NCBI RefSeq assembly: GCF_006345805.1
Contig: NC_043004.1
Location: 47,554,001 to 47,618,000 of the forward strand
Source of the DNA: Octopus sinensis
Taxonomy: Eukaryota
Length of the DNA: 64,000 nt
Direction: 5' to 3'
The translations under genes and the position numbers were made by a program. This document shows positions 42,797 to 55,445 of this stretch, in pieces. Every line of letters begins with the position of its first letter. Position 1 is the first letter of the stretch. The notes under the pieces are model-generated. The model was not told the origin of the DNA. It worked only from the letters and a program-made list of their open reading frames with translations, and ran no database searches.

Positions 42797-42869
42797 AGAG
42801 TATAGTTTTCGACCAGATCTGGTGGCTTACCACTTAAGTGCCGGGTTCACTTGAATCCTGATCGATAAT

Positions 42870-43412
<543 letters not shown>

Positions 43413-44595
43413 ATATTCAAGCACGTTATCATTGAATTTTGTTTGGCATATGAAATGCTATTATATAGAAAATTTTAAAAATTCATATATATTCTAGGGA
43501 AAAAAGGCAGTAATTAGTTATTTTTAAAGAACTAAGAATGTAACGACAAATAATGTTACATTCAGAATAAAACAGCATCAGTCAATAACCGGAATTACAT
43601 ACATGTGCTCATCAACTTAGGTCGCAGCTGTATTTTATTCTGGTTCTATCATCAAAGAGTAGTTTTATCTTTACTTGATCATATAGTGAAAAATAAATAT
43701 AAAGAATGACACATCAGATAATAAAGGTTTAAAATTTCCATTATTCGAAAAGATGGAGTAATACTCCTGGGTAATCGTGAATGGTTGAGCAAAGAGCTTT
43801 GAGCGATAGTTGGCTAGTTGCTACTTCTGATTATCAAATGTGACAAAATTATACATACCAATTTATCTGGCAGGAAAGTATCTGGTTTGACTAACCAGAT
43901 GGCAAGAACGGATCTCGGCCTCTCTTGTGTATTGACACAATAAGTACTTTATCGACCTACGTAATCACACCATTCCACTGCGTCTTTGCTTTGCACTCAT
44001 TAACTCATTTGGCTTTGCAAACTTGCGTGACCAAGTGTATATGTATGAATTTGTGGAGAGCAATTTCAACATTTATAGTACTCTGCTAATTAAAGTGGTC
44101 ACCGAGTGTTTCATAAATTGATATTATAACCATAGAAGTGTTCTTTACACTTTATTTAAATGACAGGATTGGTCATGTTGAGTGGTTTCTGTGAGACGCT
44201 TGACAGTAATGTAGGTGAGAGTCTTGGAAATGTTGAATTTGATCATTGTCTTCAAAGACGTGGCTGCTAATTTAATTTCTAAATTCGGATTTAACTTTGT
44301 CAGCCGTACAACTGCAAGGAATACATATGCATGCATTTACCTTTAAGATTGCTATTCAGTTAGATGATACGTCTAAAACCGTATTTTGTGAGCACTACAC
44401 ATTGGAAATATACAATGTATGATATACGGTTATGTGTATAGAAATATTCCCTGCACATACATGTGCGTTTGTTCGTATCTGCAAATGTTTACTGTGTGTA
44501 CATGCACTTGATCTTATGTGTAAATATTCTCTGTATATATGCGTGATTTCGGGTATATGTGTATGTGTTTGTGTGTGTATGTGTGTGTGTGTGTG

Positions 44596-44635
<40 letters not shown>

Positions 44636-45539
44636 GTGTGTGTGTCTGTTCAAAAACATGTTCATTTACGCTGTGTTCAAATTACGCTATAGACAAATGA
44701 TCAAAAACGAAGCTGTCGTTAATGCTATTTTTGACACAAAGATAAGCAGTACATCTACGAAAACGATCGCGGAAATTCTACGAAGCTTGTTACAACTTTA
44801 TGTCTGTAATGAAGTGATTATATATACATTTACCTGTGTTTGTGCTTGTCTCCACACAAGTGCTTGACAACCAGTGCTGGTTTGCTTACATCCATGCAAC
44901 TTAGCGGTTAAGCCTAAAAGATCGTTAGAATCAGTACCGGGTTAAAAAATAAATTTCAAAGCGGAACCCACCAGAGTGGTCGCAACCCAATGTCTGAAGG
45001 AAGTAAAAGATATTATACAACAGTTTGATGTCAAACTTTAATCTTTGCCTCCCTTTATCTCTGCCTCTCTCCTCTTCTCTCTATGCGTGGATTAGTAGAT
45101 CGGAGAGAGATAAGGATTGTGAGAGAGGTATCTGAATAGAAAGATAGAGATGTTGATGATGGCAACGTAAACATTTTACTGGAATATCTTCCTGATCTAA
45201 CCCTCTGAAACAATCTATGCCTGTTGCATAGTGTAGGATATTGTTGACAAATTACATAAATTACTGATATAAACTGAACAAATTGGATGGATATGACTGG
45301 AACGTATTTTAACAATATGGTTGCTCGATCAAATTGACTTCGTCTTCAAAACGAAAAGATAACGACAGCAAAAATCGACAATAAAAGCAACATTGACAAA
45401 TTTGACAAATGCAAAGTTAAATTAATTCTAAATACAGAATTATCAACAACCTATATTGGAAAATATTTGTATATGTAAAAATTGGTATTTGCGCTGTACA
45501 CAGCGACGACTGAAGTGATGATTTTGTATATTTATTTTA

Positions 45540-45990
45540 GTACGTCCCGGTAAATTCAGACACATGTACAGTAGTAGCCAAGTACACTGGTATTCATGGC
45601 ACATTCGGAATATTGATGCAAGGGGTTTTGGTACACCGGTGTTTCGACATAAGTTATCTCTTCAGCCAGAAGAACCCGGTTATGTCACTACAAATGATTA
45701 ACCGATATTTATATCAGTACGTAGGAATAAGCACTGATCTGAAAAAAAGTTCATTCACTGAATTATAAAATCGCCAGCGGTTTATTTAGACACCAAGTTC
45801 AGGTGATTCGGGTGGTTCAGGTGATTCTGGTTGTCTCCTACCGAAACAACGAGAATACTGAATACCTCTTATAAACTAGAGGAGAGTGTTATGAAGCCAT
45901 TGTTGTTGGAAAGAGAAGTTATTCACTAGTGACATATACAGCAGAGACTAGCATATTTGCGTTTGAATATGCCACTTTATATAAAGAATA
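45540..45990 (-). mobile_element. Probable PLE 3' end (decayed GIY-YIG C-terminus plus pLTR)
   Basis: Minus-strand IKWHI...SLC...NKR..VF.SRC..RRQ fragments, followed by the hammerhead at 45626-45671. Confidence 0.5.
45626..45671 (-). ncRNA. Minimal type I hammerhead ribozyme with canonical core
   Basis: Minus strand: TTCTGG-CTGAAGA-GATA actta TGTC-GAA-ACACCGGTGT-A/CCAAAA. 10-nt palindromic stem III; GUA triplet. Confidence 0.87.
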
Positions 45991-46184
45991 TATATGCAAA
46001 TCACCGTTCTTGAATTAAAAGAAGCCGCCAAAATACAAACATAAAGAGCAACAATAACAATAGTTTTCATAAACAGATTGCTTACTACAAAGGCGTGGCA
46101 GAGTAGTGAGAAACTAGTTTCCTAAAAACATGGTTTCGGATTCAGTCTTGTGTAGCAACTCAGGATAATGTTTTCTTCTATATA

Positions 46185-46233
<49 letters not shown>

Positions 46234-46270
46234 GATTTTAAAAAAGGAGATGTGGAACACGAGTTGTGAT

Positions 46271-46532
46271 ATATCAAAAAAGGAAATGAAGAAATGCTGA
46301 CAAAATAAGTTTAAGTAATTTAGTAATTTAATTAGGTGAAAGTTCTTTTTACCGGTTGCGCATTTGTTATGCTTATCAAAGTTTTTCCTCTTATCTGACA
46401 AAGTCAGATAAGAGGAAAAACTTTTGATAAGCATAACAAATGCGCAACCGGTAAAAAGAACTTTCACCTAATTAAATTACTTAAATTACTTAAATTATTT
46501 TGTCAGCATTTTCTTCATTTCCTTTTTATATA
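46271..46532. mobile_element. Foldback 1: about 130-bp arms, 3-nt loop (46400-46402), U3:A8 hammerhead-like motif in each arm
   Basis: Near-perfect palindrome. Plus arm 46421-46458 reads CTT-TTGATAA-GCAT aacaa ATGC-GCA-ACCGGT-A/AAAAG. Confidence 0.85.
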
Positions 46533-46554
46533 CATATATACATATATATATATA

Positions 46555-46892
46555 TAGGGAGATGTACTCGCATAGCAAGTAATTTGATCTGAGATCGTGT
46601 GCTGAAACGAAAACAATTGCAGCGTGGAAGGTGTTTATAAGCCATTCAAGAACACACAAAAGCCGTTCGATTCACACTTCACATTTAAGTTTAATTTGTC
46701 AAATATTTTCGTCGCTAAATCCGCGACCTGTTCACTGACAAAATCCGTGCTGCTCGGATTTTTGTCAGTGAACAGGTCGCGGAAATAGCGACGAAAATAT
46801 TTTGACAAATTAAACTTAAATGTTGAAGTGAATCGAACGGCTTTTGTGTGTTTCTTAAATGGCTTATAAACACCTGCCACGCTGCAATTGTT
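46555..46892. mobile_element. Foldback 2: about 136-bp arms (46612-46892), 7-nt loop, G3:C8 hammerhead in each arm
   Basis: Near-perfect palindrome with an unpaired left extension. Plus arm 46761-46809 reads TTTGTCA-GTGAACA-G-GTCGC ggaaata GCGAC-GAA-AATATT-T/TGACAAA. Confidence 0.88.
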
Positions 46893-47091
46893 ATATATAT
46901 TATTTTTATATATATATATATATACCCTATTATATATTGTTTTTCTACCTATTATATACTTTATATTATTTTTGTAATTTACTTAATCTTTACTTTTTAT
47001 TGTTATTTTAATTTTAACTTTCTATTATAGGTAATTTTCTAGATGGTGTAATTTAATTATTCATTTTGAATTGATAAAGGTGTTTTTTTTA

Positions 47092-47140
<49 letters not shown>

Positions 47141-47169
47141 AAAAGCAATAAAGATTCAAGTTAATTTAA

Positions 47170-48069
47170 ATGATTTACTTGAATATGGTACCTAACTTAG
47201 ATGCACCAAAAAAAAACTATACTGTTTTAACAATACAGTAATGTGGGGTGATTATAAGCGAGAAGAAGCAACAAGAATGGATAGGTTTTTAGTACATCGT
47301 TTCATACAAGGACAGGCTTATTAAAAGTTGTAAAAATTACAGCATATAAACGTGTCCCGTACTCATCATCTAAAATACATGTGAGTTCTCTAGACATCCT
47401 AGTGTTGAGGCTATACTCATGAAGTAATGTAGATAATTAAGTAACATAACAGATTTCCAAAGTTCATTAAAGTTCTTTAAAGATGATGTACAGTCTTATC
47501 ACAGAATTTTAAAAAAGTTCTAATAGCATCACAGAGAAGGTGACCTAATCCATAGAGCACATATATTTCCAGAGATATGATGAGGGATTACATACTCACA
47601 GAAGACAAATTTATCCATTGTTAATCACAGCGAGGTGGGTCTCATTCCTGCTTATTAGCATTACAGAGAGGGTGAATTAATCCTTTGTATAGATGCACAA
47701 TTTCCAATGGTGTAGATGTAAGTTTCCAAAGAAATGAAGAGGAATTTCATATTCACAGGCGATAAATTTATCAATGGTTGAACACAATGAGGTAGGTATC
47801 AATTGTTGTTATATGATTAGGTATTTGCCACATTAATCACATTACTGCTATTTACTGCTTTGGAAATCTGTTTATGTTACTTAATTATCTACATTACTTC
47901 ATGAGTATAGCCTCAACCACTAGGATGTCTAGAGAACTCACATGTATTTTAGCTGATGAGTACGGGACACGTTTATATGCTGTAATTTTTACAACTTTTA
48001 ATAAAGCCTGTCCTTGTATGAAACGATTGTACTAAAAACCTATCCATTCTTGTTGCTTCTTTCTCGCTT

Positions 48070-48072
<3 letters not shown>
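47170..48072. mobile_element. Foldback 3: about 210-bp arms (47253-47462 and 47858-48072) around an approximately 395-bp spacer, with a C3:G8 hammerhead in each arm
   Basis: Arms are near-identical reverse complements. Plus arm 47947-48037 reads TTTTAG-CTGATGA-GTACGGGACA...TGTCCTTGTAT-GAAAC gatt GTA/CTAAAA. The left extension matches the PLE tail at 31115-31225. Confidence 0.88.
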
Positions 48073-48117
<45 letters not shown>

Positions 48118-48664
48118 TGTGTGGAATTTGATTTTAGTATTTCTAAATTGAATTCTTTTTCCTTGTAAGTTTGGATTTTATTCCCTCAAATAATAATTAT
48201 ATATATACACTCTCACACAAAATTTTGGGGTTTAGTTCAAAGGTGATCAAAACGATTAGGTACGGTGGTTAATAATATATATGATTTGAGATATTTGCCT
48301 TGTCTTAACGTTGGGGGTCCTCTTTAAATATTATATGTGTGTGTGTGTGTGTGTGTGTATACCTTCGAAGCACGCAATAATTCGAAACAGAGGCACCTGA
48401 AGAAGGGGAATGTTCCTTGTGTTGTATGTCTTGTACTCTGTTTTTTCGTTGTGAAAAAAATTCCGTTTCCATATTTTGTTTTTATGTTTTCGTTTCTTGC
48501 TGTGTTCTAGTTTTTTTTTGTGGTGTCCTGTACTCATATATGCATGTATATATATATACATATAGATGTAGGTATGTACATTGTATGTATCAATGCATAT
48601 CTTTCATTTATTAAATTAATTAATGCATATATATATATATTATATATATATACATACACACACA

Positions 48665-48745
<81 letters not shown>

Positions 48746-48747
48746 AT

Positions 48748-48785
<38 letters not shown>

Positions 48786-49199
48786 TATATATAAACCGCA
48801 GAGGTTAGATGGATCAGGCAGAAGAAGAAGAAGAAGAAGAAGAAGAAGAAGAACAACAACAACAACAACACAACAACAAGATGGAAGAAGAAAGAAGGCT
48901 AAGAAGAAAAAGGTAAAATATAAATAAAAAAAATGAAATTAGGTATATAAATAAAAATAAGAATAAAGACAAGAATAATGATAAGACTAAAAGTAATTGA
49001 AAACAGTGGGGGAGGAGAGTTAAGTCCATCGAGAATAAAGAAATGGAATAGCTTGGAATGGTCAAAATTGTTGTGTTCTTGTCAAATGATAACCTGTGTG
49101 GTCCCTATTAATTCGAGGTCACCTATTCATTTCTAACTTGTGGTATGGAGTAATATATATACACACACACAACACACACACATTACACATACATATATA

Positions 49200-49254
<55 letters not shown>

Positions 49255-49258
<4 letters not shown>

Positions 49259-49435
49259 GAGGAGAAAATTCTTATGAATTAACCCTGAAATTGGAACCAA
49301 TACGGTAATAACGGAATTTTTTAGAAAATTCTATCGGCTTGTTTCGGTGACGCATAAATTATAATGGTTATTGACAATTTGTCTATTTTCGGCATATTTG
49401 GCATTAGAATTTTTCTTTTGCCCTTATTTTATAAG
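49255..49435 (+). mobile_element. Family H1 repeat, 5'-truncated inside the hammerhead core
   Basis: TGAGGA-GGAG(18 nt)CCCT-GAA-ATTGG aa CCAAT-A/CGGTAA, then the shared H1 tail. Confidence 0.75.
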
Positions 49436-49549
<114 letters not shown>

Positions 49550-51130
49550 CATACACACGCATATACACACAGATATATGCATGCATCTATACATACATTA
49601 CATGGATAAATGCGAGCATGAAAAGTAATATTTTTAAGATTATAAACCTGAAAAAGTACAGAACAAGTTGTTACACCTGTAAAATATAGGACAGGCGATT
49701 ACATCTAGTAAAATAAAGAATAGGAAACTGTTTACTTGAAATATTGCAGCAAAGAATGCCAGTTCTTCTACTTTATCACTCTTTACAGTTCTCATCTTTT
49801 AAATTTATTGCACAAAACTGTGAAGCTAAGTTGTAAGTTTGTTTAATTAGTCACTTTTTTCTGCATTTAAGGTAGTAAATTAGCCAAATTCTACTTAAAT
49901 ACGTATAGTGTTTATTTGTAAACTATAATAAAATAAGTTTTAATATTCAAATTTTAACGTTAGCTGCAATATTTTAAGTAAAAGGTTTCTTATTCTTTAC
50001 TAGAAGTAACAGCTCGTCCTTTACTTTTACAGGTGTAATAACTTGTCCTGTATTTTCCAGGTTTATAATCTTAAGAATATTTTCATTCTCGCATATTTCC
50101 ATGTCATCCATGATTTTTCTGGGCGTTGTTGCTATAAGGATATGAATAATGTTTCAATTAATAATTTAAGATTTTAGCTTATAAAATACTGAAGGATAAT
50201 ACATTTCAATTTTTCCATGTAAGTGATGAGAATATTTCAATTTTTTTCATGTTTATTTTCGATATATGCTGTGATTGAATTATTTGATATTACCCATCCA
50301 CACCAAATCAATGGTAGGGATTTTTACCATGATGTTGGTTGCACCATGGCTCATCAAAAGTTACAAACAACAAGACCACTAAAACCATCAGTTACCAGGT
50401 TCACTTTAAGTAACCTAATTTTGCAATATTAAGAGGTCACAGACATTCATTCAACGAAATAATAATTTCCAATGATTCCGGGATTGGGGGACCGCCCCCT
50501 TACCATTTTATCCGAACTAAAAATAAGGGATTTGCAGTATATTAGGAGATCAGGGTATTTGATTCCATGCAAAAAATCCAATTTTTTGTTTTTCTTTCTC
50601 AGTGAAAATCCTGCGGGTGTTAATAAAGAAATTTACCATAATGTTGTTATTTAGCCTCAAAGCAATCATGATACTGCAAACCTATCATCGAAAACATTTC
50701 AGCCTTCAGCAAACCGTCTTTCTAGGGGACAATAGGCGCGTGATTTAGGTAGGAGGATACTATAGTTGTTCCTTTTAGCGTGTCGAGCGACCAGGTAGAG
50801 GCTCTTTCATTGGTTCGATTGCAGGATGAAATTTTTTAACACATGTATGTAATATGTATCATCGGCAGAAGTTAGAGAGTAAGTCAAAAGATGAGAGTTT
50901 CGTGTATTGGCACTTATCAAACACAAATTTGTCCATTGTCACTCTGTAACTTCTGACGAAATAACTTCTAAAATACAAAACATTAAGATTAAACCCTGTT
51001 GTATGTGACGCATTGTATCAGTATCGGAATTTTCAAAGTGTTTAGTTAAGAAAAATTAATTAAATAATCTGAACGTCAAATTGAATAGATACGAAATGTA
51101 TAAAAAGAAAAGTGGATCACAGCGGAATAC

Positions 51131-51346
51131 CTATTTCTTTAATGCCCACAAGGGGCTAAACACAGAGAGAATAAACAAACGGTTGAAGTCGATTTTATGA
51201 ACCCCAGTGCGTAACTGGTACTTATTTAATCGACCCCGAAAGGCAAAGTCGACCTCGGCGGAATTTGAACTCAGAGAGTAGCGGCAAGAGAAATACTACT
51301 AAGCATTTCTCCCGGAGCGCTAAGGTTTCTGCCAGCTCGCCGCCTT
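51131..51346 (-). mobile_element. tRNA-derived SINE (family B)
   Basis: Reverse complement of the family B consensus. Confidence 0.85.
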
Positions 51347-51880
51347 AGAATGTAATCATTCATTTTAGACATATATTCTTATTCTTATTGCATGGGGCAT
51401 TACTTCTTACTTCCTGACTTTCTGACATTACATTTCGTGGCATTTTACCTCATAACATTTTTCTACTAATTATTGTTGAATGTGACTAACGATTTTGAAT
51501 TCTTCATGCGTTTTTCTATCATTTAAGCCTAAGCAAAGTATATTTTTGTTTTAGAATTTAAAAAAAATTGTTAATTGAAAATCAATAGGTGTCTTATTGG
51601 CCCTTTAAGGTCACAGATATTTTGATGCAACTTTTTTCTACTGAACCAGATCTCAAACTACTTATGCCAACTGTAGCTGAGGATGAGTTCTCTTTAAAAC
51701 TGTTAACACCTTGCAATTTCGTTGAGTACTGAATTAGTGGTGAAGCTTGGAAGCTGCTGTGATTGACGAAATGGTGGACTTAAGAATATATTCACCCACG
51801 GTAGTGGTTGAATGATATACATATAGGCATACACACACACAGATATGCACATATACACACACATACATATATACATAAAT

Positions 51881-51943
<63 letters not shown>

Positions 51944-52439
51944 ATATATATATATGTTTGTGTGTGTGTATGCATTCAACGAATGTGATTTTGAAATCAC
52001 ATGTAAATGGCTCTTTTTCCCAGAAAAGGAAAGATTTGGTGCTATTTCTTGCACGCCCTACTACCATGTAACAGGTATTTCGGGTCCTTTATTGCAAATA
52101 GCTGTTACATAGTAGGAGGGTGTGCTGGAATTAACAACCAAATCTTTCGAGGTGAGATACATTGAATGCACTCCAAGAAACCTATGGAAAAACAATCTAT
52201 TTCACACTGAGGTTATGGATGGGTCTTTTACGAAATACCGTATTTATAAAGTCATTTTCACTTTAAAATATTTTGCCTATCAGAATGTGTCAAATGGAAA
52301 GTGTAGAATTTCTTCTCTTTCAGGATTAAGTTATTCTTGGAGTATTTTCCCTTTATACTTGCAGCTCGAAACTCATATCAGAGAAACTCGCTGTAAACAT
52401 TATTACTAAGATTAAAATAAAAATTATCCCCACAAAAAA

Positions 52440-52929
52440 GCCATCTCTACTGATTTTCCCAGAGAGGCCAAATTGTTTTCTGAAATTACGGATGCAAAAG
52501 TAAAAGAATGTGGTAGACCAAACTGCGCAACATGCCCAAAACTTCTAAACGGATCAGAATTCCTCTTCAAAGAGGGACAAAAATTCAAGATCAAATCTAA
52601 GTTTACTTGTGCTTCAGAAGACATAATTTATGTCATAAGATGCTCGGGCTTCCACCAAAACTAAGTAGGGTCTACGGGATTATCACTCAGACGCTGATGC
52701 ACTCTGACTAGAGCTTGCATTCCTAGAATATAGAATGATACCCTTTAGTGAGCATATTGAGAAATGCGCAAAGCAATTACTACCACATTTTTTAATCTGT
52801 CCATTCTATCAATGTGCTATTGGAACACCAACACAAATTAGATTAAACAAGGAAACATTTTTCATTGAAAAATATAAGCCTGAACTTAACTATCCTAAAA
52901 TTCCTATTCAAAGAAACTCATCCCATTGA
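52440..52929 (+). mobile_element. PLE GIY-YIG endonuclease remnant with a Cys-rich linker (Neptune-like)
   Basis: KECGRPNCATCPKL...KSKFTCASEDIIYVIRCSGFHQN*VGSTG...PFSEHIEKC...RLNKETFFIEKYKPELN. Confidence 0.88.
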
Positions 52930-53057
52930 AAAAAAATATATATATATAAAACGATTATCTCCCTTATACCGGAAGAAGTCCCTGATTACCTCCCCCTGCT
53001 GGAACTCTTCTTTGCACTACATAACGAAGACATGACACGATGTAGGTAAAGAAATTT

Positions 53058-53096
53058 GAGAAATTTGAGAAGTTTACACGAAACCGTTTATTTCTC
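53058..53096 (+). ncRNA. Minimal hammerhead with U3:A8 core, downstream of the PLE endonuclease
   Basis: GAGAAAT-TTGAGAA-GT ttac AC-GAA-ACCGTT-T/ATTTCTC. Perfect 7-bp stem I; stem III is one substitution from the palindrome ACCGGT. Confidence 0.65.
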
Positions 53097-53305
53097 CCAA
53101 ACCTATGTTACTATACACAAAATTTTATAACATTTTTCTAACATAACGACTTAAATATATTCTTTAACCTTATAAAACAAGCCTTCTGTATTTTTTCACT
53201 CTTTTCTATTTTATATATATATATTCCTGAGCGCCATACTAATACAATTGTTTGTTTGTATTCCACCTGCCTTCGTCTTTTGTTTATTTTCATAAAGCTT
53301 CCCGT

Positions 53306-53339
<34 letters not shown>

Positions 53340-55079
53340 CACACAAACACACAAATACACAAACTTGAATACTTTATTGGATAGGCAAGAAATGTTCTTA
53401 CCTGAAATGTTCATACCTGAAACGGTGAGCTGGCAAAATCGTTAGCTTATTGGATAAAATGCGTAGCTGCACTTCTTGCGGCGGCTTATGTTCAGAGTCT
53501 AAATCCCAGTTAGGTTGAACTTGCTTCTCATCCCTTACTGGTCGAAAAAGTAATCAGTTACTCAGGTCGATATAATTCATTTCTAGTATACCAAAAATTG
53601 CTGGCCTTGTGCCTAAATTTCTATTATTTCGGCATTCCTCGTATGTGTAAAAACTACAAAACAAATACTAATTCTCCGTTTTGACATCGAGTGACGAAGC
53701 TAACACTTAATGAAAAAAAAAATCTGTGTTGACTTAAGTAACAAAAACAGAAACAGCATCTAAATATAGAATATTTTACTAATATTTATAAATATATATT
53801 TTAATATGTAGCATAAGTTTACAACCAACTACATATTCAGAGCTATATTTGCGCACCACTGCATGCATTTTTTTCCATGAAATTGAATTATTTTCATTTT
53901 ATTAAGCCCTTCCATTAATCGTTATCCACAAAAGTATTTTGGTACAACTGTGACATATTTAACAGTTTATTTACATGAGTTTATTTCTATGATGTAAGAT
54001 TTCGATTGGAAAATTTTGTTTACTTTCCTAGTGATATTTACAAATCTTACTCTGTGTACAAGTATAACTCAAGTTTCGTCGGCAATTGGTTCCCAGACGA
54101 TGTAAAACCATGTAACACACACACATATATAAAATTCAACAGATTATTAACTTATATTTGTACCGTTTGAACATATTTTGCCATGTATTTTATTTGATTT
54201 TCCACTTGGCTTTTAAATGTATCTTTTAAAAAGATTTAATGGTTTCAATATACGTTCGATAAGGACTATATAACATCCATTAAACTAACTGAAATTCAGG
54301 TTTATCAATAAATAAACAAATAGATGAATAAACAATAACTGCGTAAAGTCCAAAAACTAGGAACAACAGAAATTGAGGTATGCCTGCATTTGTGTTTTTA
54401 ATACTACGTCCGTTTCTGTACTGTACTGTTATCCGTACGACCATACTAAATTAAAGCGACAGAGATTTTTCATTATCTTTGGACCTCTAGTGACGAAATA
54501 TTCGTGTTGTTTTTATTGTCCAGTGTATATTTGACGTAGAGAAATATAAAGGGAAACAAAAAAGTGTCTGAAGGTAAAAATATATTCTAAGAATATATAT
54601 TTCAGTAAGAGATTTGATATTTTTCTGATATTTCTTTGTATCAGCTGATTTTATGCATGAATGTCTATTTACAGCAACGTTATCAGTCAACTTCTTTTCA
54701 TTATTAATGACCTCTATCGCTAATTGCATTGCACAAATTCCAGAAGATATATTTTTGATATAACTACGAAATATTTCCACATAATTAATGAATATATGTA
54801 TATATAAATGCATATATGTGTGTGTATACATACACAAATATAAATATATATATATACGTAGATGAATATGTATGCATACACACACACTTATTTACAAAGA
54901 TATATATGTTTCTCTAGTGTGTCTGTGTATGTGTGAGACTGGTTCTTATTGTGTATGCTCGCTTAGGCGTGTGTAAGTGAGTAGAAAATCGTTTCAAACC
55001 GATTCTTATCATTGTAACGGCATTGTATAAAATCTGTTTTTATATAGAAGCAAAATGTTTCACATACTCTTGTCCTTGT

Positions 55080-55110
<31 letters not shown>

Positions 55111-55445
55111 TATATAATATATATATATATATATTCGTGGGGTTTGCCAAGCAAAGGGGAAGAAAGAAGAAACACATTTTTGAGAAGAAGGGTGAGTTAA
55201 AGAGTGTTTTGTGTTGGTATGGTCAGAAATGGTTGCTTAGCATTTAGTGGCCTTTTAAGATGGTGAAAGATTGAAAAACGAGACATTGTTTTCGACTTTC
55301 TTCAGTAAAAATTATAATTGCATTTCCAGGCCTTGTTCGATTGTATTCATTAAAGAATAATTGTATTGGATTTGGTCGACTTATACACATGCACACATCA
55401 CACATACACAAATAAGGATTTTGAATATTTTTGTTAATAATTACT

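Noticed and set aside
44145-44330. Minus-strand open frame after a TTCCTTGCAG acceptor-like site
   Set aside because: No recognisable protein, no codon bias and no linked exon.
45541-45770. Apparent plus-strand terminal exon (TTTTAG acceptor, two open frames)
   Set aside because: Better explained as the antisense of a PLE 3' end carrying the hammerhead at 45626-45671.
48380-48440. CTGAAGA-AGGGGAA tg TTCCTT motif
   Set aside because: GAAA is absent after stem II; the upstream GAAAC cannot form a valid permuted fold with only 1 nt for stem I.
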